A stretch of DNA of 64,000 nt from a virus (IMGVR_UViG_3300010151_000010:14778-78777), one strand, 5' to 3'. Positions 11,881 through 22,428 are shown, numbered from the stretch's first letter. Notes: generated from the letters alone by a model not told the origin. A program made the numbers and translations.

Positions 11881-14316
11881 ATGGGCGATAATGCGAAATC
11901 TGGACATACAACGGGTCTAACAGATGGAGACTACATACTCTCTCCATCTTTTACTAATCTCTATGAGGGGCTTCATGGTAATGGAATCTTAGCATTAGAA
12001 GACGGGGCAGTAGGAGACGGTGATAGAAATACACCTGCGGATATGCCCGGCGCTATTTCTGCTTCAACCAATGTATTGACGATTAAGGGTGGGTATGCTG
12101 TCATTGATGGCATCGTAGTAGCATTCGGAGGAGGGTACGATAGCAATGCACCCGATGATTATACAGTAACGCTTGAAGATAGTCGTATAGAGGGGAACCA
12201 ATCTGCCTTAACAACTGGTCAGTCTGTCCTTTTGGTAGTCTATGTCTGCTCTGATGGAGGTAGTACGAAGAAGAACATCTATGTAGAAATGGGCACTCCT
12301 GTGTCAAGCGGTTATCCTGTAACTCCAGAAGGATTCCTTTCCGACCCCAATAGTTCACTCGTGTCTAAGCAAACTACGGTTCTTGGGATAGTGAAATGTG
12401 TTTATTCCAGTGGCACAGGCGATTTGGATATGACTACAGCCGGAGGAGAGATACTCGATAGGCGAACATTCCTTCGTCCATCGCCAATTTACATGACTCC
12501 CGTAAGCACAGGCGCAGTAGGAGCCACTGTTACGGATTCAAATCGCGTTGATATGCATACTGACTTAGATGGTATTCACGGAGGTGGAGATGAAAATGGC
12601 GCACTGACTAACAGCGAGTTAGGCGCTCTATGGATGTCTTACAGTAATGCTGGGGATAACGTGCTTTACTTCAGCGGTAAGCAGGGCGGTGCACGAAGGT
12701 CATACAGACTCGGTCCAGACAAACTCAGCACGAGCAATGCTTCGCAGACTTTCAGATTCGATGGGCCAAACTTCTTTCATGCTACGCCTACTGGTAACAT
12801 CACACTAACGCCAAGTGGCACATTTCCTCCAAGTCATACGGTGACAGTAAACAACGCTGCTTCTGCTACTCACAATATAGCATTCGACCCGTCTGGTATC
12901 AATTCCACCGTTGGTCCTGCGTCAGCAGCAGTATTTGCATACAACGGCAGCGCATGGGTCAAGATATTCGCATCAAGTAGTAGTTCGAGCGCTTCGGGTG
13001 GCTCTACTGGTGATGTTCAATATAATGATGGGTCAAGCGGATTCTCTGGCGAAGGGGTATTCACCTACAATGCTGGAACGAACACTCTTACTGTAGGCGT
13101 AGTATCAACAGCAGGCCTCATTAGTGCGCCTACGGGTGTGCAATTTGGCACTGGCACGGCTACTAATCCGGGTTCAGCAACTACGCTATGGCGCGATTCC
13201 GATGATTCAAGATTATACTTCAATACCTCAAAGGTGCTTCTTGATGGGGATTCCATAGCCACCAATTTGAATGCTCTTTCTGCTGCTGCTGTGGATGTCG
13301 CCGCCGATTCGATTGGATTCATTGACGCTAACGACTCAAATAATTCCAAGAAAGAATCTATCGCTGATTTGGCTACTGCTATGGCTGGCACAGGCATTTC
13401 AGCATCCAGTGGTGTTTTGAATCTCGATGCCGCCCAAACGGGCATTACGTCAATAGGTCCAGCGAGTGGAACGCTTACTGTAAGCGACGACCTCACAGTC
13501 ACTGGTGATTTAATTGTCAGTGGAGCGACTACTACATTGAACGTGGCTACGATAGACGTGGCGGATAAAAACATCAATCTCGGTAGTGGCTTAGGAAACG
13601 ACGCTGCCGTAGATGGAGGAGGTATCACTCTTGAATCATCGAGTGGCACTGGGGATAAGACGATAGCATGGGTTGATGCCAATGATGCTTGGACATTCAA
13701 TCAGCATATTTACCCAAGTGCAGATAGTGCGCTGAACTTAGGTTCTAACACCATCAGATTCGCCACTGGGTATCTCGATGCACTTACTACTGGCACCATC
13801 ACTGGAAGCGGAGATGTTACAATCGACACGAATGTGCTCAAAGTAGATACTGCCGGAGATAAAGTCGGTATACTCCAAGCCTCCCCAGAGGCCACATTCC
13901 AAGTAAAGGAGACTGGTTTTGGATACGGTAGTGGGACTCTTGCAGCAGGTTCTAACAATGGCTCCACAGTAGTCAATGATGGGACTTCATCTACTGGAAT
14001 CGTACTCTTTCATAGTCAGAAGTTCAGAGCAGGAAAACTGCTTGTCGAAGTGGCTAATGAGGGAGATGACCCTGATTTCTCTACTGGTAGAATATACGAA
14101 ACTGCAGAAATGGTCATCACACACAATGGGCGGTCAAATGCGGCTGCTACAGAAGCATATCTCACTACATATGGCGTAGTTACAAGCGGCGGAGGCACAC
14201 TCCAAGGCGCATATAACGTCGCTATCGTGAGTGGAAATGTTGAATTACAGGTTACACCTACGGTGAGCAGCGATGACATCACCGTGCGCGTCTCTTGGCA
14301 AGCAATGACAATATGA
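11881..14316 (+). CDS. Tail fibre-like protein 1 (811 aa)
   Basis: G/S/T-rich fibre repeats. Shares the 'GDLIVSG.TTT.N..TIDVAD.NI.LG.G.GNDAA.DGGGITLESS' module and the C-terminal domain with the next gene. Confidence 0.7.
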   Translation: MGDNAKSGHTTGLTDGDYILSPSFTNLYEGLHGNGILALEDGAVGDGDRNTPADMPGAISASTNVLTIKGGYAVIDGIVVAFGGGYDSNAPDDYTVTLEDSRIEGNQSALTTGQSVLLVVYVCSDGGSTKKNIYVEMGTPVSSGYPVTPEGFLSDPNSSLVSKQTTVLGIVKCVYSSGTGDLDMTTAGGEILDRRTFLRPSPIYMTPVSTGAVGATVTDSNRVDMHTDLDGIHGGGDENGALTNSELGALWMSYSNAGDNVLYFSGKQGGARRSYRLGPDKLSTSNASQTFRFDGPNFFHATPTGNITLTPSGTFPPSHTVTVNNAASATHNIAFDPSGINSTVGPASAAVFAYNGSAWVKIFASSSSSSASGGSTGDVQYNDGSSGFSGEGVFTYNAGTNTLTVGVVSTAGLISAPTGVQFGTGTATNPGSATTLWRDSDDSRLYFNTSKVLLDGDSIATNLNALSAAAVDVAADSIGFIDANDSNNSKKESIADLATAMAGTGISASSGVLNLDAAQTGITSIGPASGTLTVSDDLTVTGDLIVSGATTTLNVATIDVADKNINLGSGLGNDAAVDGGGITLESSSGTGDKTIAWVDANDAWTFNQHIYPSADSALNLGSNTIRFATGYLDALTTGTITGSGDVTIDTNVLKVDTAGDKVGILQASPEATFQVKETGFGYGSGTLAAGSNNGSTVVNDGTSSTGIVLFHSQKFRAGKLLVEVANEGDDPDFSTGRIYETAEMVITHNGRSNAAATEAYLTTYGVVTSGGGTLQGAYNVAIVSGNVELQVTPTVSSDDITVRVSWQAMTI

Positions 14317-14328
14317 GAGGGATAGAAA

Positions 14329-17300
14329 ATGGGCACGATAAAAGATTTCAGAGTAAAGCAAGGATTGGTAGTAGAAGACGGGGATGTGACGCTTGCGAGC
14401 GACCATACTGTAAAAGCGGGGATATTCGATACGAATGTCGCTGCAGCCGGTGTTACGCTTACAGGCACGACACTTGCAGCAGATGGCTCAAATACCAATA
14501 TCGACATCAATATCACCCCGAAAGGGTCTGGAGAAGTGAATATCACTAAGGTAGACATTGACGCTGGCACGATAGATGGTGCGACGATAGCCACATCGGA
14601 TGTTACAGTTGGCTCTGGAAAAACGCTCGATGTTTCCGGCGGAACTCTTACTCTGGCTAATAATCAGATTAGTGGTGATAAAGTCGAAGGAGGAACAATC
14701 GCTGCTACTACAATTACTGCACTTACAACTGCTGGGATTACAGCGACTTCTAACATAGATATCGGCGCTTACAATTTCAGAGCAGCGAGTATTACTGCAG
14801 ATGGATTGACTTCTGGTCGAGTTCCATTTGCTTCCACTAATGGTTTATTGACTGATGATGCCGATTTCGCTTTCGCTACTGATACGCTAACAGTCACTAA
14901 ACTCGGCGCTTACGAACAAGCGGGTGCAGTTGATTTCTCCGATGAAGCAATGACTAATGTGAACATCGACAGCGGTGCGATAGATGGCACGGCTATCGGT
15001 GCAAATAGTGCTTCTACGGCGGTATTCTCTTCAGTTGATATCAACGCTGGCACGATAGATGACACAGATATTGGGCAGTCGACTGCAAGGTCAGGAGCAT
15101 TCACGACACTCAGTGCGACCGGCGCTGTTACTACTGGCACTGCTGGCAGTGGCGTAGACGTCACATTCCATTCAGCCACTTCTGGCGACCACATGTTGTG
15201 GGATGCTAGTGAAGAGCAATTGAAAATTATCGGTACTTCAGGTCAAGTTGCACTGGATATTGATACAGGTAACTTCACAGTTGGTGCTTACGGATTAACT
15301 GATGGTGGTGCAGCAACTATCGCCTCAATGGCTGGTAATTGGACTAATGCAGGTAGAACTGTGGCCGATGCGGGCACTCTTACAACCGTAGATATCAATG
15401 GGGGCTCGATTGATAATACGTCAATTGGCACTTCTACAAGGGCTTCGGGTAAGTTTACTTCACTCCTTGCCACCAGCACTGCAAAGTTTACTGCGAGTCA
15501 ATCAATTACAACAACCGGAAAAGTCTCAGTTAAAAATGCTGATGAGGATAACCCCGCAATAGAAACCAACACTCAATTTCAAGTCAATGGGCCTGCTTTA
15601 TCTGGTTCCGATGCTACTACCAGCATGAATTATGCGGAAGCCCGTATTCATACAGATATTGGTAACGACGATGTTGCTGGAACTACTTACAACGGAATAG
15701 GTAATGCCTTGCTCTTAGACCAAGCAGAAAATATCCATGTTGGTCAAGGAATAGTATACACCCAAGGTCGAAGCGGCACAGGAAACTCTTGGGCTGTGGG
15801 AAGACAAGCCAACAGAGCGGGTGGAAATAGCGAAATTCAAACCAATGTATTCCATATCGGATATAAGGCTAAGGATTATGATAACGTCGCAAGCAGCACC
15901 GACAATCCTCTCAATGTTGGAAATTATCTAATGACTCTGGACACTAGCGGCACGGCTAAGTTCAAAGGAGATATTATTCTTGATGATGGTGGTAGTCTCA
16001 AAGAACGGAGCGGAACTGCGGCTCTTACTTTTGATGCTTCGGGGAATATAACCAAGATAGGTCAAGACTCTCCGAGCGATACCCATGTCTTGACTTGGGA
16101 CAACAGCGCTGGATATGCTGTTTGGTCTGCTTCTGCTTCAGGCGCAGACGGAATGGGTAGCGGATTTGTCTTAGAAGATGGGGACGGCACAGAAGTCACA
16201 ATTGATGAAGACAAAGAAGTGAAGTTCATTGATGGTAATGGATTAAAAATCAATTGGACTGATACATCAACAGGCTCTGACGGAGACCCATACGACCTAA
16301 CTTTCTCTTTGGACATTGACGGAATGACCGACATCGGTGCAGGACTTGCGAGTGGTGATTTATTCATAGTCGATGATGGCGCAGGTGGAACCAACCGAAA
16401 GACAACAGTGGACAGGATTGCTACGCTATTCGCTGGCGATGGTATTACTGCTTCCAGTGGCGTGATAAGCGTAGATGCCGCACAAACAAAGGCTACCAGT
16501 AGTATGACCAGTAGCACTTCACGCACAATTACGACTCCTTTACTGAGTATTGAGAGTAGCACGAGCACTAAACCTGTGGTTCAAATTAAGAATACTACTA
16601 ACGACCAAGATGGTCCTTCTGAACTGCGCTTTGTAAAGGATAAGGGAGCAGCAGGTGCCGCAGGAGATGTAGCAGGTGCAATTACCTTTTACTCCGACGA
16701 TGCTGCACAAAATAACCAAGCCTTTGGAAAGATACAGACAAAGACGACAGCAGCAACTGCTGGTTCAGAAACCGGCGAGATAGGTCTCAGTGTAGCGACA
16801 TCCACAAGTGGCGCTCTCGCTGAAGTGCTTGTAGTCACAGGTGGCGCAACTGCCGCAACATCGACTGTTGATGTGAAGGGTCATCTCATCGTGCGCGGGA
16901 CAACGACCACGGTGAACAGCACTACGATTGACGTAGCCGATACTAACATTACTCTTGGAAACGGTGTCGGAAATGATGCGGCAATAGATGGTGGTGGAAT
17001 TACTCTTGAATCAAGCGGAGATGATAAGACATTCATCTGGGTGGATGGAACCGACTCATGGACTTCTAACAATCACATGAACTTGACTTCCATCACCACT
17101 CCTGCATACAAGATTGCTGGCACATCAGTTCTCAACGCTACCACACTTGGCATAAATGTAGTTAATTCGACTCTTACCAAAGTGGCCGCACTTAATGAAG
17201 GTAGCATCACATCGGGCTTCGGCACAATTAACACAGGCTCGTCTAATATCACAACTTCGGGCACTCTTGCTGGAGGGGCAATTACAGGAACCAGTCTGGC

Positions 17301-17838
17301 GGTTTCGGGCACAATTACTGGAGATACTTCGCTTACTCTCGATTCTACTACACTCACAACCGCCGAGTTAGGAGTCTTAGATGGTCTTACAGTAGGGACT
17401 GTGGCAGCGAGTAAGGCTCTAACTGTAGACGCCAGCAGAGATGTAGCCACAATTAGAAATCTAACTTCCGATGGACAAGTGCAAGGTGCCACACTCAGCG
17501 CCGATGCAGTAGCCATCATTGATACAGCAAGAGGTAGTGGAGCATCAATTTCTGGCGAAACATCTCTCATGAACATCGCCAAGGCAACATACCGAGCGGC
17601 TAAAGTCTTGTATCATATTAAGAAGGACGATAGTGCAGATACAGATGCGGGTGAGATACTCATCACATACAACGGCACAGATGCCTTCCTAACTCACTAT
17701 GCGGAAATCAGCACAGGTTCTGCAGTAATCGGAACTTGGGATGCTACAGTCAATAGTGCTAATATCGAAGTGAGATTTACTCCTACTGCAGACGGGGCGC
17801 ATACATACAGTCTCTGCACAACACAACTCATAACCTGA
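14329..17838 (+). CDS. Tail fibre-like protein 2 (1169 aa)
   Basis: Repeated 'VDI.AG.IDGT.IG' fibre motifs, N-terminal 'KDFRVKQGLVV', C-terminal domain paralogous to fibre 1. Confidence 0.7.
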   Translation: MGTIKDFRVKQGLVVEDGDVTLASDHTVKAGIFDTNVAAAGVTLTGTTLAADGSNTNIDINITPKGSGEVNITKVDIDAGTIDGATIATSDVTVGSGKTLDVSGGTLTLANNQISGDKVEGGTIAATTITALTTAGITATSNIDIGAYNFRAASITADGLTSGRVPFASTNGLLTDDADFAFATDTLTVTKLGAYEQAGAVDFSDEAMTNVNIDSGAIDGTAIGANSASTAVFSSVDINAGTIDDTDIGQSTARSGAFTTLSATGAVTTGTAGSGVDVTFHSATSGDHMLWDASEEQLKIIGTSGQVALDIDTGNFTVGAYGLTDGGAATIASMAGNWTNAGRTVADAGTLTTVDINGGSIDNTSIGTSTRASGKFTSLLATSTAKFTASQSITTTGKVSVKNADEDNPAIETNTQFQVNGPALSGSDATTSMNYAEARIHTDIGNDDVAGTTYNGIGNALLLDQAENIHVGQGIVYTQGRSGTGNSWAVGRQANRAGGNSEIQTNVFHIGYKAKDYDNVASSTDNPLNVGNYLMTLDTSGTAKFKGDIILDDGGSLKERSGTAALTFDASGNITKIGQDSPSDTHVLTWDNSAGYAVWSASASGADGMGSGFVLEDGDGTEVTIDEDKEVKFIDGNGLKINWTDTSTGSDGDPYDLTFSLDIDGMTDIGAGLASGDLFIVDDGAGGTNRKTTVDRIATLFAGDGITASSGVISVDAAQTKATSSMTSSTSRTITTPLLSIESSTSTKPVVQIKNTTNDQDGPSELRFVKDKGAAGAAGDVAGAITFYSDDAAQNNQAFGKIQTKTTAATAGSETGEIGLSVATSTSGALAEVLVVTGGATAATSTVDVKGHLIVRGTTTTVNSTTIDVADTNITLGNGVGNDAAIDGGGITLESSGDDKTFIWVDGTDSWTSNNHMNLTSITTPAYKIAGTSVLNATTLGINVVNSTLTKVAALNEGSITSGFGTINTGSSNITTSGTLAGGAITGTSLAVSGTITGDTSLTLDSTTLTTAELGVLDGLTVGTVAASKALTVDASRDVATIRNLTSDGQVQGATLSADAVAIIDTARGSGASISGETSLMNIAKATYRAAKVLYHIKKDDSADTDAGEILITYNGTDAFLTHYAEISTGSAVIGTWDATVNSANIEVRFTPTADGAHTYSLCTTQLIT

Positions 17839-17863
17839 TGGACAGTGAAATTATGGTGATAAC

Positions 17864-20605
17864 TTGGGAACGAATAAGGATTTTGTAGTAAAGAAAGGAT
17901 TAGTAGTAACCGAAGACATTGAACTCGGTCATGCTACTGATACCACGATAGCGCGCTCCAGTGCTGGAGCAATAACCATTGAAGGGGTAGCAGTCCCCAC
18001 TGTATCATCCACTTCCACACTCACGAACAAGACACTTACAGCGCCCGTCATCAACATAGGTTCTGATGCAGAAGGGGACATTTACTACCGTACTTCTGGT
18101 GGCGCATTTACTCGTTTGGCAAGAGGGTCTGATAATCAGACTCTAATGATGAATGGTAATGTCCCTAATTGGGAAACAGTAAGTGGCGGTGGTAGTGGCG
18201 ATGTAGAGAAGGTAGGAACACCAGTAAATAACCAAGTTGGAGTTTGGACTGGTGATGGGACTATTGAAGGAGATGCCAAATTAACATGGGATGGAACAGA
18301 ACAACTTGAACTAACTGATTCTGATGCAGGTTCAGGATGGGGGCCAATTCTCAGTCTTTACCACGATTCAGCATCACCACTTGCTAATGACGGGCTTGGA
18401 AACATAAGATTCTATGGTAAGGACAGCGTAGGGAATAAAGAAGAATATGCTCGTATTCGGGCTAAGATAGCAGATGAATCATCGGGTACAGAAGATGTAC
18501 AGTTGAAGTTTGGAACAGTTAATGCGGGTACTTTCGATGAAGATATGCTTGTTCTTTCTGAGGGTGGAGTTTCAGGAACAGTAATCAAAGATGAAGACAA
18601 TTTGGCTTCCAATTCTGCTACTCATCTTGCTACTCAACAATCAATCAAAGCGTATGTTGATGCTAACGCAGGTGGCGGTGGTGCTTCTGCTCTTGATGGC
18701 CTGTCCGATGTGGCGGATAGTACCGATGCAAACTTAACAGAGAGCATAGTAGTGGGGAACGCTGTTGGTTCTGTTGCGAGTGGGACATGGGATAGGGTCT
18801 ATTACCTGACCGCACTTGGTTCAGGCGCGGCGGCGAATATCACCACAGGCGACGGTATAACAGCCATCGGAAGGAACGCAGGGAGAGCCATAACAACCGG
18901 CTCCGATTCTGTATTCATTGGCTCAGGGGCTGGGTCTAATTCGGATGGTACATCGGGTGTTACTACAGCAACTCACAATTATATTATCGGGAACGCAGGT
19001 TCAGGACCAATGACCGGCAGTAAGAATGTAATCATGGGTGCAACCGCAGGTTATGACCTAACCTCGGGTCATTCAAATGTGATGTTAGGATATAGAGCCG
19101 CCGCTAATCAGACAACGGGCAACTCTATGGTGGCTATCGGCCATGATGCACTTTACACAGGAACAGGTCAGAACTTTATGACCGCAGTAGGTCATAGTGC
19201 TGGATATAGCCATACAGGAACAGAAGGTGTCTTGATTGGTTCAGATGCAGGGAGAGAGTCAGGTAGTGGAAATGGTGCTGTTCATATCGGCAGACAAGCG
19301 GGCTACTACGCTACAGGAAACGACAATGTGTCGGTTGGCCGCACCGCTATGTTTGGGACAAATGGTTCGGCAACAGGGACTAACAATGTGGCGATGGGAA
19401 GAGGCGCACTTTACACCTACACTTCGGCATCAGGCTCAACAGCAATAGGACATAATACTCTGTATAACCTCACCTCGGGAGGATATAACGTCGCTGTAGG
19501 TTATCAGACCATGTATAATGCTTCGGATGGGGAGAAGAACACCTGCGTTGGGTATCAGGCCATGTATAATCACGGAGGAAACTATAACGTCGCACTTGGC
19601 TACAGGACGTTATACGGAGCCAGCGAAGCATCATCCACAGGTGGCTACAATGTCGCCATAGGCGAGGAAGCCATGAAGAACAACACATCAGGAGGGGCAA
19701 GTGTCTGCATCGGTTGGGAGGCTGGTAAGGCTATAACAAGCGGTGGCTCCAACATCGCAATAGGTCGTGCGGCAGGTTGGAGCATGACTGACCCAAACTA
19801 CAACATCTTCATTGGCGAGTTCGCAGGTAAGTTGGTGACTACCAATAATTACTGCGTCGCGGTGGGTCACTTCTCACAAGACGGTATGACAGGTAGTAAC
19901 AATGTGAGTATGGGAGTTAATACTCTTGGTGGTACTGGGGCTGGAGAACACAACACAGCAATTGGAAATCACGCTGGTCATGCAACGTCGAGTGGGACAA
20001 GAAATATCTTCCTCGGACAGTATGCCGGGAGTGGAGTCACTTCGGGTGATAACAATGTGGTTATAGGTAAAGCAGATGTGACGGCAGATGCAGACGACCA
20101 ACTCTCAATTTCTTCGGGTGATGGTAGCCCTATTTGGATTACAGGTGACTCAGCAGGTAAAGTCACAATGAATGATGTATCGCCAGCAGAATACAATACT
20201 TGGGCGCAATTCTTCTATCAACGAGATGATGTAGGAACAGGCACAGTCAATATAACTTTACCTACTCAATCAGGGGCTGATTCAACTGCGGCGGGTTATC
20301 CAATGCCGGTAGCAGGGGTAGTTAAAGCAATATCATTTCAGTCTTCGGGTGTTTCTCTTAGTGGTTCAGATGCACAAACATGGAGAGTTAGAGTAAATGG
20401 TTCAAGTAGTGCGGGTGATTATGAAGATTTTACTTTTTCTCCGGCAGACATGGCTAATCCAAGCGGGACTAATTTTGTTTATACTAAGACAAGATTAGAA
20501 TTAAGTGTGGATGCAAACGACTTATTACAAATTAGAAGACAGGCTGTTGCTGGTTCCGTATCATACGGAGATGTGAACTGTATAGTATATGTTGATTTTA
20601 GTTGA
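17864..20605 (+). CDS. Tail fibre/adhesin with YadA-head-like 'NxAxGxxA' beta-roll repeats (913 aa)
   Basis: TTG start after a GGTGA RBS, N-terminal 'KDFVVKKGLVV', many ~14-aa repeats such as NVAVGYQT, NVAIGEEA and NTAIGNHA. Confidence 0.7.
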   Translation: MGTNKDFVVKKGLVVTEDIELGHATDTTIARSSAGAITIEGVAVPTVSSTSTLTNKTLTAPVINIGSDAEGDIYYRTSGGAFTRLARGSDNQTLMMNGNVPNWETVSGGGSGDVEKVGTPVNNQVGVWTGDGTIEGDAKLTWDGTEQLELTDSDAGSGWGPILSLYHDSASPLANDGLGNIRFYGKDSVGNKEEYARIRAKIADESSGTEDVQLKFGTVNAGTFDEDMLVLSEGGVSGTVIKDEDNLASNSATHLATQQSIKAYVDANAGGGGASALDGLSDVADSTDANLTESIVVGNAVGSVASGTWDRVYYLTALGSGAAANITTGDGITAIGRNAGRAITTGSDSVFIGSGAGSNSDGTSGVTTATHNYIIGNAGSGPMTGSKNVIMGATAGYDLTSGHSNVMLGYRAAANQTTGNSMVAIGHDALYTGTGQNFMTAVGHSAGYSHTGTEGVLIGSDAGRESGSGNGAVHIGRQAGYYATGNDNVSVGRTAMFGTNGSATGTNNVAMGRGALYTYTSASGSTAIGHNTLYNLTSGGYNVAVGYQTMYNASDGEKNTCVGYQAMYNHGGNYNVALGYRTLYGASEASSTGGYNVAIGEEAMKNNTSGGASVCIGWEAGKAITSGGSNIAIGRAAGWSMTDPNYNIFIGEFAGKLVTTNNYCVAVGHFSQDGMTGSNNVSMGVNTLGGTGAGEHNTAIGNHAGHATSSGTRNIFLGQYAGSGVTSGDNNVVIGKADVTADADDQLSISSGDGSPIWITGDSAGKVTMNDVSPAEYNTWAQFFYQRDDVGTGTVNITLPTQSGADSTAAGYPMPVAGVVKAISFQSSGVSLSGSDAQTWRVRVNGSSSAGDYEDFTFSPADMANPSGTNFVYTKTRLELSVDANDLLQIRRQAVAGSVSYGDVNCIVYVDFS

Positions 20606-20615
20606 AGGTGATTAA

Positions 20616-20825
20616 ATGGAATGGGATGAATTAAGAGATATTAGAACACAAAAACTGTTGCGTATGGACAGGTATCAATTATCAATACGATACGATGCGC
20701 TTACAGACGCACAGAAAACAGAACTACAACAATATAGAACAGACCTTCTTACATTACCACAAAATTATAACACACCTCAAGAGGCGTATGATAACATTCC
20801 CACCAAACCCACTTGGTTTGATTAA
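20616..20825 (+). CDS. Tail fibre assembly chaperone-like protein (69 aa)
   Basis: 'W..LR..R...L...D...YR..LL.LPQ...P.KP' pattern typical of phage fibre chaperones, directly after the fibre gene. Confidence 0.7.
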   Translation: MEWDELRDIRTQKLLRMDRYQLSIRYDALTDAQKTELQQYRTDLLTLPQNYNTPQEAYDNIPTKPTWFD

Positions 20826-20837
20826 GGAGGAAAAGAA

Positions 20838-21164
20838 ATGGCACTAAGAATAGAATACGAAACAGCATACGGAATAACTTGTGAATACGCGCATTGTGTG
20901 GTAATTGACGCTAGATGTAATAGAGATACAAAACGCTCTATTGTTGACGGCGAAGATGTTGAGATAAAGACATTCCCAATAAATTACAGTGGAAAAATAT
21001 ACGCGAGTGAATCTGCGTATGGTGATGGGGCTTCACCCATTGGCGGATTTAATGGTCGCTTTGAATTAGATGCTACTGGTGCTAAGACACAATACAACAT
21101 AGTAAAACAATGCTACAATCACTTGAAGACCAAAGATGGTTTTACTGACGGTGTGGATTGCTGA
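20838..21164 (+). CDS. Fibre-associated hypothetical protein (108 aa)
   Basis: AGGAGG RBS, last + strand gene. Confidence 0.6.
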   Translation: MALRIEYETAYGITCEYAHCVVIDARCNRDTKRSIVDGEDVEIKTFPINYSGKIYASESAYGDGASPIGGFNGRFELDATGAKTQYNIVKQCYNHLKTKDGFTDGVDC

Positions 21165-21431
21165 TTACTCATCCATCAATTCGCGGGCTTTCTGCACGCT
21201 GAACCGAATCTTCTGCGTGCTTGGTAAATACCAAAATGTCTCCTTTTCTAAGCCGAAGGTTTCTTCCACTCTTTGACATAGTTCGTAGCGCGAGTTTACA
21301 CGCAAGTCATCGTCTATCTCAAGACCGAGAACGGTGCCTGTTTCCTCGTCTGTATATTGGATTTTCTTATCCAGCCAAACATAGACATTACCCATTAACG
21401 AGATAAGGCGGCGAGCCAACCACTGAAACAC
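21165..21431 (-). CDS. Hypothetical protein
   Basis: ORF abutting the + strand cluster end to end. Confidence 0.55.
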   Translation of the reverse strand: MFQWLARRLISLMGNVYVWLDKKIQYTDEETGTVLGLEIDDDLRVNSRYELCQRVEETFGLEKETFWYLPSTQKIRFSVQKARELMDE

Positions 21432-21457
21432 GGTGTGAAAAATACACCGCTTCTATA

Positions 21458-21640
21458 CTAACTTTTCTTCTTAAATGCAGTGTCTTGCCAAATATGACCG
21501 CATTCTTTGCACTGCCACAATTGGATTTGTTTTGCCCTACCTGTGGCTTGAGTATTGGAATAGCCCGAATATCGAGCCATGAGAGAGTGGGGGATATGCT
21601 TGTGTTCGCAATTGCGACAGTGGACTTTCAGTCTATCCAT
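21458..21640 (-). CDS. Zinc-ribbon protein
   Basis: CRNC...CKECGH. The start at 21640 is TAATG-coupled to the upstream small ORF. Confidence 0.6.
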   Translation of the reverse strand: MDRLKVHCRNCEHKHIPHSLMARYSGYSNTQATGRAKQIQLWQCKECGHIWQDTAFKKKS

Positions 21641-21771
21641 TAAACGGCCCAATCGTGCCACGCCCTAATTACTTCATGTGTAGGAATCCATTTTTTACAT
21701 TTCATACATCTTGAGTAATGAAAATCATCTATTCCCCAATCTTTCTTTATGCAATCACAATAATCACTCAT
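21640..21771 (-). CDS. Micro zinc-binding protein (43 aa, MSDYCDC...RCMKC)
   Basis: Translated by hand, below the ORF-track cutoff, overlaps both neighbours. Confidence 0.5.
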   Translation of the reverse strand: MSDYCDCIKKDWGIDDFHYSRCMKCKKWIPTHEVIRAWHDWAV

Positions 21772-21913
21772 TGTAATCCCACTCCCAATCTCTCATTCCA
21801 TATGCATAAGAAAATATCTTATCCATTGCGAGTCCTACATACCACATTCCGTAAACTAAGGCGAAAGATAACACTCCCAACAACGCAAGTTCTGTTATCC
21901 AATATAGCAACAT
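21764..21913 (-). CDS. Small membrane protein (49 aa, MLLYWITELALLGVLSFALVYGMWYV...)
   Basis: Translated by hand, hydrophobic N-terminal helix, fills the gap with coupled start and stop. Confidence 0.5.
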   Translation of the reverse strand: MLLYWITELALLGVLSFALVYGMWYVGLAMDKIFSYAYGMRDWEWDYNE

Positions 21914-22162
21914 TCACTCACTTTCCTTCAATTTTAGTAGCAATTTACGGGTTTCTTTCATGTATATTCTCGCTCTCTCGGTTATGACTCGGCGGGTGAT
22001 GTTATTCCACAAAGCACCACATTCATTACAACTAATAACTGTTGATTTGTATTCTTCTATATCTGAATCTTCAACAAGATATTCTTTAACCATTTCAGAA
22101 GCACAATTGAAACAATTATCCATGCCCTCATCAATGTTATTCTCAACATACAGATATTTCAT
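21914..22162 (-). CDS. Zinc-ribbon protein (82 aa)
   Basis: CFNC...CNECG, with its start inside a 47-bp direct repeat. Confidence 0.6.
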   Translation of the reverse strand: MKYLYVENNIDEGMDNCFNCASEMVKEYLVEDSDIEEYKSTVISCNECGALWNNITRRVITERARIYMKETRKLLLKLKESE

Positions 22163-22171
22163 TCACTCACC
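22125..22171. repeat. 47-bp exact direct repeat, copy 1
   Basis: ccctcatcaatgttattctcaacatacagatatttcattcactcacc, identical to 22477-22523. Confidence 0.95.
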
Positions 22172-22428
22172 TCCACGTATTCAGGTGGCTTTACACTCTT
22201 ACCAAAGCACCAACAGTTGTGTTTTTCGGTGTGGTCATCGTTATTGTCTTCCATCCAATGAGTTATCCCCATGAATTGATATGGTGCATTGAGATTATGA
22301 CCACAAGCAGGGCAAGGATGATAATTATGCAAAACCCAATGGCTTGTGGTAGGCTCGGTTACATGGCCGCACATACAACCATATACGATTATGTTGCTTC
22401 TTTCTTCTTCATCACTCATGCATACCAA
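22159..22428 (-). CDS. Cys/His-rich hypothetical protein
   Basis: CMCGH, CPACGH and CWC motifs, lying between the two 47-bp repeats. Confidence 0.6.
   Translation of the reverse strand: MVCMSDEEERSNIIVYGCMCGHVTEPTTSHWVLHNYHPCPACGHNLNAPYQFMGITHWMEDNNDDHTEKHNCWCFGKSVKPPEYVEVSE

Noticed and set aside
73-20196. Numerous minus-strand ORFs within the structural genes
   Set aside because: Antisense shadows of long + strand genes, with no RBS or motifs
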